In this document: in pieces, positions 58,703 to 64,000 of the stretch
Layout: each line of letters starts with the position of its first letter
Numbering within the stretch: position 1 is the first letter of the stretch
Assembly (NCBI GenBank): GCA_963793205.1
Contig: CAWBZM010000001.1
Location: 2,354-66,353, forward strand
Direction: 5' to 3'
DNA length: 64,000 bases
DNA from: an uncultured Gemmatimonadales bacterium
GTDB lineage: Bacteria > Gemmatimonadota > Gemmatimonadetes > Gemmatimonadales > GWC2-71-9
Position numbers and translations under genes: made by a program
The notes under the pieces: generated by a model
Database searches by the model: none
Told to the model about the DNA's origin: nothing
The model's input: only the letters and a program-made list of their open reading frames with translations

Positions 58703-59100
58703 GCCTTCTTACGCATGGCGTCCACGCTCCACATCCCCGAACCATGCGCCGCCACATACAGGAAGAAGAAGCAGAAGGCCACGGCCAGCTCGCCCCGGTT
58801 CTGAATCGGCAGCCCGCCATTTGGCTGGTGCACCTTGAAATAGGCCACCGCCATCTCACCGCTCGCGAGGAAGGCGGCCCAGCTGCCGAAGAGACCGAGG
58901 AGGATCATGGAACCGCCGACCAGCTCGATGACACCGGCCACCTGAAAAAGCGGAGCACCAGCAACCTGACCTCCGAGCACGCCGAACATCTTCTGCGCAC
59001 CATGACAGGCGAGGAGAAACCCGAAGATGATGCGGGTCAGGGCAAAGATCTGTCCGGAGAATTTGCCGAGATACTTTTCCATTGCAGGGCTCCACGCCAT
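58699..59100 (-). CDS. DoxX family membrane protein
   Basis: RIIFGFLLACHGAQK, AGVIELVGG, GEMAVAYF, GSGMWSVD; alternative start 59082. Confidence 0.9.
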   Translation of the reverse strand: MAWSPAMEKYLGKFSGQIFALTRIIFGFLLACHGAQKMFGVLGGQVAGAPLFQVAGVIELVGGSMILLGLFGSWAAFLASGEMAVAYFKVHQPNGGLPIQNRGELAVAFCFFFLYVAAHGSGMWSVDAMRKKA

Positions 59101-59216
59101 GAGAGGGGTCCGACGGGGTATCGCGAAGGGGGACAATGTCACGTGCGCCGGTGCGCGGCGCAACTCACCCAAAGAGGTATACGACGGATGGTCGCGAAAC
59201 GCTGACGTCGACGAGG

Positions 59217-60089
59217 TCAGCCGCGTCCCGCTGCCCGGTCCCGCAGCGCATCACCGACCAGGGTGCAGGCCACGACCGTCAGGACCAGCGCGGCCCCCGG
59301 GGCAATCGCCACCCAGGGGGCATTCACGATGGTATCACGTCCCGAGGCGATCATCCCACCCCAGGAGGGCGCCGGCGGCTGGACGCCGAGTCCCAGAAAG
59401 GAGAGGCCGGCCTCCAGGGTGATGGCATTGCCGACACCGAGGGCAGCGGCCACCGTCACCGGCGTCCAGACATTCGGGAGGACATGGTGCAGGGCGATCC
59501 GCCAGCGCCCCGCGCCGAGGGCGCCGGCAGCAGTGGTGAACGGTCGGGCCATGATGGCGCGACTCTCCGCGTAGACCAGTCGTGCGATGCCCATCCACCC
59601 GGTCACGCCCAGGACGATGACGACCAGCAGGGCGCTCGGTTGCCACAGCGCTGCCAGCAGGAGCAGCAGCACGACGCGCGGCAGCGCAAGGGCGAAGTCG
59701 GTCACCCCCAGCAGGAGCAGGCCGATCCGGCCGCGCCACACGCCCGCCACCGTACCAACCAGAACGCCGAGCAGCACGGCGATGAGGGTCGCGGCCGTCC
59801 CAGTCGCGAGGCTGATGCGGGCACCATACACCAGCCGAGTCCACACATCCCGTCCGAACCGGTCGGTGCCCAGGAGGTGAAAGTTCCCGTCGGCATCGGT
59901 AGCGCCGGGCGCCTGAAAGCGGGTGCGGACGACGTCGTCCTGACGGGCGGGATCGTAGCGGGTCACGATCGGCGCGAAGGCGGCCAGCAGCAGCAGGACG
60001 GCAATGATGCCCAGGCCGACCTGGGCGGAGGTCCGCTGCCACCAGGCGCGGGGGCCGAAGCCAGTGAGTCGCAGGGTGGCGTCAGCCAT
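59217..60089 (-). CDS. Peptide/nickel ABC permease (DppC/OppC-like)
   Basis: HLLGTDRFGRDV..RLVYGARISL, HVLPN, EAGLSFLGLG..PP.PSWG. Confidence 0.92.
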   Translation of the reverse strand: MADATLRLTGFGPRAWWQRTSAQVGLGIIAVLLLLAAFAPIVTRYDPARQDDVVRTRFQAPGATDADGNFHLLGTDRFGRDVWTRLVYGARISLATGTAATLIAVLLGVLVGTVAGVWRGRIGLLLLGVTDFALALPRVVLLLLLAALWQPSALLVVIVLGVTGWMGIARLVYAESRAIMARPFTTAAGALGAGRWRIALHHVLPNVWTPVTVAAALGVGNAITLEAGLSFLGLGVQPPAPSWGGMIASGRDTIVNAPWVAIAPGAALVLTVVACTLVGDALRDRAAGRG

Positions 60090-61044
60090 ACCGCACCCGC
60101 GGGTCGACCCAGGCGGCCAGCATATCGGCGAGCAGGTTGCCCAGGACGACAAGGATCGCACTGACCGTCGCCGCAGCCATGACCACGGGGTAGTCGCGAC
60201 CCTGGACTGCCTCGATCAGGATTCGTCCCACACCTGGCCAGGCGAAGATCCCTTCGACAAACACCGCACCGGAGAAGAGCGCAGGCAGTGAAAGCCCGAG
60301 CAGGACCACCACCGGCCCAAGGGCATTCGCCAGCAGGTACCGTCGCGTGACAGTCGCCTGCGGGAGGCCGCGCCCCTCCGCGGCGGCAAGAAATGGTGCT
60401 CCACTCACGTCGAGCAGCGATCCGCGGACAAAGCGCGCCGCACCGCCGATCCCGATCAGCGTCAGGGTGAGCCAGGGAAGCAGCAGATGGCGCAGACGAT
60501 CGAGCCAGCGCGCTCCCGGGGAAAGGAAATCGCTATCCAGGCCACTGGCACCGAACGCGGGCAGCCACTGCAGCTTGTACGCGAAGCCCCAGACCAGGAG
60601 CAGCCCGAGCCAGTAGCCCGGCATGGCAAACAGGGTCACAGAGGCGGTGGACAACGCGGTGTCAGTCCGTGGACCGCTCCGCACCTGGAGAATCCCAAGG
60701 AGGATGCCAAGCAGGTAGCTTGCACCAAGGGAGAGCAGCACCAGCACCGCGGTCGCCGGCCAGGCCTCGGCCAGCATCCGAAGGACCGGGCGCCCGGTGG
60801 CGAGGCTGGTGCCCCAGTCTCCCCGCGCCGCGTGACTGACCCAGGTGCCGAACTGGATGGGCCACGGCCGATCGAGTCCCAGTTGGCTGCGTAACGCATC
60901 GAGCTGCGCTGGAGTCGCCGTCGGGCCTGCGAGGTGGACGGCGGGGTCGCCTGGGGCCAGGTGCAGCAGGAGAAACGTCAGCGTGATGACGCCGACGATG
61001 ACCGCGAGACTGGCGGCGATCCGACCGAGCAGGTGACGCAGCAT
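60082..61044 (-). CDS. Peptide/nickel ABC permease (DppB/OppB-like)
   Basis: LAPGDPA, LGLDRP, GDWGTSL, VEGIFAWPGVG, RDYPVV. Confidence 0.92.
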   Translation of the reverse strand: MLRHLLGRIAASLAVIVGVITLTFLLLHLAPGDPAVHLAGPTATPAQLDALRSQLGLDRPWPIQFGTWVSHAARGDWGTSLATGRPVLRMLAEAWPATAVLVLLSLGASYLLGILLGILQVRSGPRTDTALSTASVTLFAMPGYWLGLLLVWGFAYKLQWLPAFGASGLDSDFLSPGARWLDRLRHLLLPWLTLTLIGIGGAARFVRGSLLDVSGAPFLAAAEGRGLPQATVTRRYLLANALGPVVVLLGLSLPALFSGAVFVEGIFAWPGVGRILIEAVQGRDYPVVMAAATVSAILVVLGNLLADMLAAWVDPRVRYG

Positions 61045-61139
61045 CGGCGGAATGTGCCGCGTTCGGGGACCGGTGAGAAGGGTCACAGTGCAGATCCGGG
61101 CCCCCTGTCACTATAGAAGGCCTACATCTTGGAGGGACT

Positions 61140-62057
61140 ATGCGTATACCTGTTCGCCCGGCCCATGCCGGTGCTCTGCTGGCTTCCCTGGTACTGATTG
61201 TCGCCGGCTGCGGCGACTCGACCAATGCTCCGACCGACGATACATCCGCCATCACCCAGACCGAGGCCCAGGCGGTAGGGGCCGAAGTCGTGGGTGAAAT
61301 TGCCGGGCTCAGCGCGACCAGCAGCCTCGGTGACCTGCTGAATCCCGGTGGCGATCTTCCGGCCACCGCCAACCCCCGCACTCCCGGGCTGGCCCGGATC
61401 GAAGGATGCCCGGCGTTGAGTGAGACGCCGCCGACCGACGCGGATGAAGACGGGATTCCGGATGATCTGACGCTCACCTACGATCCGACGATCTGCATCC
61501 TGACCAGCCGGGGCGGCCAGGCGGAACTGACAGTGCGTGGCGCGATCCGGATCCAGGATCTATCGGTCAGTGACCTGGCGGCCCGGGTGACGTTTGATGC
61601 CTTCCGGGCGCAGTTCACCTACAACGACCGGGTGGTCAGCCGTCAGGTGGATGGCAAAGTCCAGCTGGAGACCTCCAGTGCGGGGTTCGTCGGGTCCGAC
61701 AGCACCCGCGTCGTCCAGCGGGCCACCGGCCATCCCAACGCCAGCCTGACCAAGCGCTGGGCGGTGACCTTCGCCGCCGATGGCAATGACTTCGTGGTCG
61801 CGGAGCCGCTGCCGGATGGCGAATTCACCCTCATCGGGACCCTGGAACGGACAGCGGGCGATCGGCGCCGGAGCTTCGATGTCCAGCCGGTGGAGCCGCT
61901 GGTGTATGACGCGTCCTGTGTTGCGGATAATCGGATCGTGGCGGGTGAGCTGAACGTCATCTTCGACAGCAACACCAACTACGCCAATATCAATATCGTG
62001 TGGAACGGATGCGGAGTGGATCCCACCATCACCCTGGTCACGGGGCCGGTGACCTGA
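61140..62057 (+). CDS. Hypothetical beta-rich lipoprotein
   Basis: GGAGG RBS, lipobox IVAG-C, DADEDGIPD motif, additional Cys residues. Confidence 0.75.
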   Translation: MRIPVRPAHAGALLASLVLIVAGCGDSTNAPTDDTSAITQTEAQAVGAEVVGEIAGLSATSSLGDLLNPGGDLPATANPRTPGLARIEGCPALSETPPTDADEDGIPDDLTLTYDPTICILTSRGGQAELTVRGAIRIQDLSVSDLAARVTFDAFRAQFTYNDRVVSRQVDGKVQLETSSAGFVGSDSTRVVQRATGHPNASLTKRWAVTFAADGNDFVVAEPLPDGEFTLIGTLERTAGDRRRSFDVQPVEPLVYDASCVADNRIVAGELNVIFDSNTNYANINIVWNGCGVDPTITLVTGPVT

Positions 62058-62162
62058 ACCGGCGCAGCGGGAGGCCGGTCCCCGGTCTCCCGTTTCCCGC
62101 GGGGCGCGCGACAGGTACGCTCCGGTGTTGGCAATCCCGCCGCGGTACCCCAGCTTTCCATC

Positions 62163-63590
62163 ATGCGATTACCTGTATGGCCGCTCCTGCCCCTGGCACT
62201 GCTGGTGGCGTGCGGACCGATGGCGCAACGCCGAGGCGCGACCGTCCTGTTCGCCTCCGGGGCCGATCTCCAGAGTATCAATCCCCTGTTCACGGTGCAT
62301 CCGCTGGCGCGGCAGGTGCAACGGTACGTCCTGCTGACGACGCTGGTGCAGCGGGACAGCGCCATGGCGATCGTGCCGGCGCTGGCACGACACTGGGACT
62401 GGAGTCAGGGAGGGACCACCCTGCGGCTGCACCTCTTTCCCCGGCTGCGCTGGCACGATGGCGTTCTGACGACGGCGCGCGACGTGGCCTGGACCCTCGA
62501 CCGGGCCCGCGATCCCGCCACCGGCTACCCCCGCGCGAACGATCTGTCCGGCGTCCGTGCGGTGCGGGCCGTCGACGACAGCACGCTTGATATTGACTTC
62601 ACGGCCGCGACGTCCACCATTCCCGATGTGCTCACCGATCTCGCGATTCTGCCCAGCCACCTGCTCGACACCATTCCGGTGGATCGCCTGCGCCGAGCCG
62701 ACTGGCAGCAGCACCCGATCGGCAACGGGCCGTTCCGCTTCGTCTCCCACCTGCCGAACCGGCGCTGGGTCTTTGCCCGGAACCCGGACTACCCCATCGA
62801 ACTCGGCGGGCCGCCACGGCTGAACCGCCTGGTGATTGCGGTGGTCGACGAGCCGATGACCAAGCTCGCCGGCCTGACCTCGGGCGAACTGGATTTCGCG
62901 TCGGTGCAGCCGGCCCACGCCTCCTTTGTGCGCCAGAATCCCGCGCTCATGGTGCGCGACTATCCGGTGCTATTCACCACCGGCATCGTCTTCAACACCC
63001 GCCGACCACCGTTCGATGACCTCGCGGCCCGTCGCCGGATCGACGCCGCGCTCGATCGCCCGGCGCTGGTGGAGGGATTCGCCTACGGGTTCGCCACCGC
63101 CGCCTATGGCCCGCTCCCGCCCGAACTGCAGACCGCGGCGTTGCCCGCCGCACCCGCGGTTCGCCCCGTGGCACCCACCACCGGGCCGCCGCTCCGCTTC
63201 GAGCTGCTGACGGTCGGCAGCGGGGAGGCGGCGCTGGAGCAGATGATCCAGGCGCAGCTTGCCCGCCACGGGATCACGATGACCATCCGTCAGCTCGAAC
63301 TCTCCGCCTATCTCGAACGGATCTATACTACCCACGACTTTCAGGCCGCCGTGGTCGGGACGCCGGGCGATCTGGGATTGGGCTATCTTGCGCCGCTTGC
63401 GCGGCTCTCCGGCCTCGAGCCGCCGGGAGATACCCCCGAGCGTGTCCTCCCCTTCTTTCCCAAGGAAGTGCCGGTGGCGTTCCTCTACCACGCTCGCGGG
63501 GTCCAGGGCATCAACCGCCGGGTGCGCGGGGTCGAGCTCGGCCTGCGGGGGGAACTGGCGACCGTGAGTCGCTGGACGGTCGCGCCGTGA
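62163..63590 (+). CDS. ABC substrate-binding lipoprotein, family 5 (peptide/nickel)
   Basis: Lipobox LVA-C, PALARHW, WHDG..TARDV, PIGNGPFRF, FNTRRPPFDD. Confidence 0.9.
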   Translation: MRLPVWPLLPLALLVACGPMAQRRGATVLFASGADLQSINPLFTVHPLARQVQRYVLLTTLVQRDSAMAIVPALARHWDWSQGGTTLRLHLFPRLRWHDGVLTTARDVAWTLDRARDPATGYPRANDLSGVRAVRAVDDSTLDIDFTAATSTIPDVLTDLAILPSHLLDTIPVDRLRRADWQQHPIGNGPFRFVSHLPNRRWVFARNPDYPIELGGPPRLNRLVIAVVDEPMTKLAGLTSGELDFASVQPAHASFVRQNPALMVRDYPVLFTTGIVFNTRRPPFDDLAARRRIDAALDRPALVEGFAYGFATAAYGPLPPELQTAALPAAPAVRPVAPTTGPPLRFELLTVGSGEAALEQMIQAQLARHGITMTIRQLELSAYLERIYTTHDFQAAVVGTPGDLGLGYLAPLARLSGLEPPGDTPERVLPFFPKEVPVAFLYHARGVQGINRRVRGVELGLRGELATVSRWTVAP

Positions 63591-64000
63591 GCGGCCCGGT
63601 CTCGGTGAGTGGCGCACACCGCACGGCCCAGCCCAGCTATCACGCGTCGGCTCCGGTCCGGGTGGATCTGGCGGGCGGCTGGACCGACGTCGCCCCGTTC
63701 AGCGAGCGCGAAGGGGGGCTGGTGGTCAACGCCGCCCTCACGCTGCAGGTCCATGCCCGGCTCGAGCCAGGGAAGGATGGCCTGCTCATCTACGCCGAGG
63801 ACCTGCGGCAGGCCGCCAAGGTGAATCGTGCCAGTGAGCTGGATGTCCTGGGCGACCTGCAACTGCATCGTGCAGCGCTCCGGATGTATCCCGTCGGCCC
63901 CGGCACATTGCGGACCCGTTCCGATGTGCCGCCTGGCTCGGGGCTCGGCAGCTCCGGCGCGCTCGATGTCGCACTGATTGCTCTGCTGAGCACCGCGCGC
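63587..64000 (+). CDS. GHMP-family sugar kinase (HddA/fucokinase-like), truncated by the window end
   Basis: Read directly from the sequence: GTG 63587, SAPVRVDLAGGWTD and DVPPGSGLGSSG; not in the ORF track because it has no stop. Confidence 0.88.
   Translation, partial: MSGPVSVSGAHRTAQPSYHASAPVRVDLAGGWTDVAPFSEREGGLVVNAALTLQVHARLEPGKDGLLIYAEDLRQAAKVNRASELDVLGDLQLHRAALRMYPVGPGTLRTRSDVPPGSGLGSSGALDVALIALLSTAR

Overview
GC-rich bacterial chromosomal window. The protein families and gene order look Gemmatimonadota-like, which is an inference and not a search result. Many single-base frameshifts, including in rho, ruvX and mltG, point to an unpolished long-read or metagenome assembly. From left to right it contains: (1) a surface-polysaccharide region at 0.3-16.7 kb with a CDP-sugar/C-methyltransferase cassette, PIG-L deacetylase, DUF4910, glycosyltransferases, lhgO, priming transferase, Wza/SLBB-like and Wzc genes, plus an NtrC-type sigma54 activator, a soluble histidine kinase and an atypical REC-GGDEF protein; (2) a NYN-LOTUS protein, mpg, an outer-membrane barrel, kbl-tdh and an internally deleted SDR; (3) a soluble NAD-dependent formate dehydrogenase module (fdsGBAD, fdhD, LysR); (4) housekeeping genes (rlmI-like, aroH, thiE, mltG, ruvX, rho), an M50 protease and a stand-alone HisKA miniprotein; (5) an RDD-SpoIIM/DUF4129/DUF4350/MoxR/M1-peptidase/DUF58 cluster; (6) asnB and a flippase, a Rieske oxygenase, GH38, a PLP decarboxylase, DoxX, peptide-type ABC genes, a lipoprotein and a partial GHMP kinase. 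No tRNA, rRNA, CRISPR array, transposase or integrase was recognised. The most notable non-coding signals are four stop-codon-anchored direct-plus-inverted short-repeat elements, a dispersed set of sigma54-like promoters with a shared palindrome, and MraZ-box-like repeats in front of a pseudo-methyltransferase gene.
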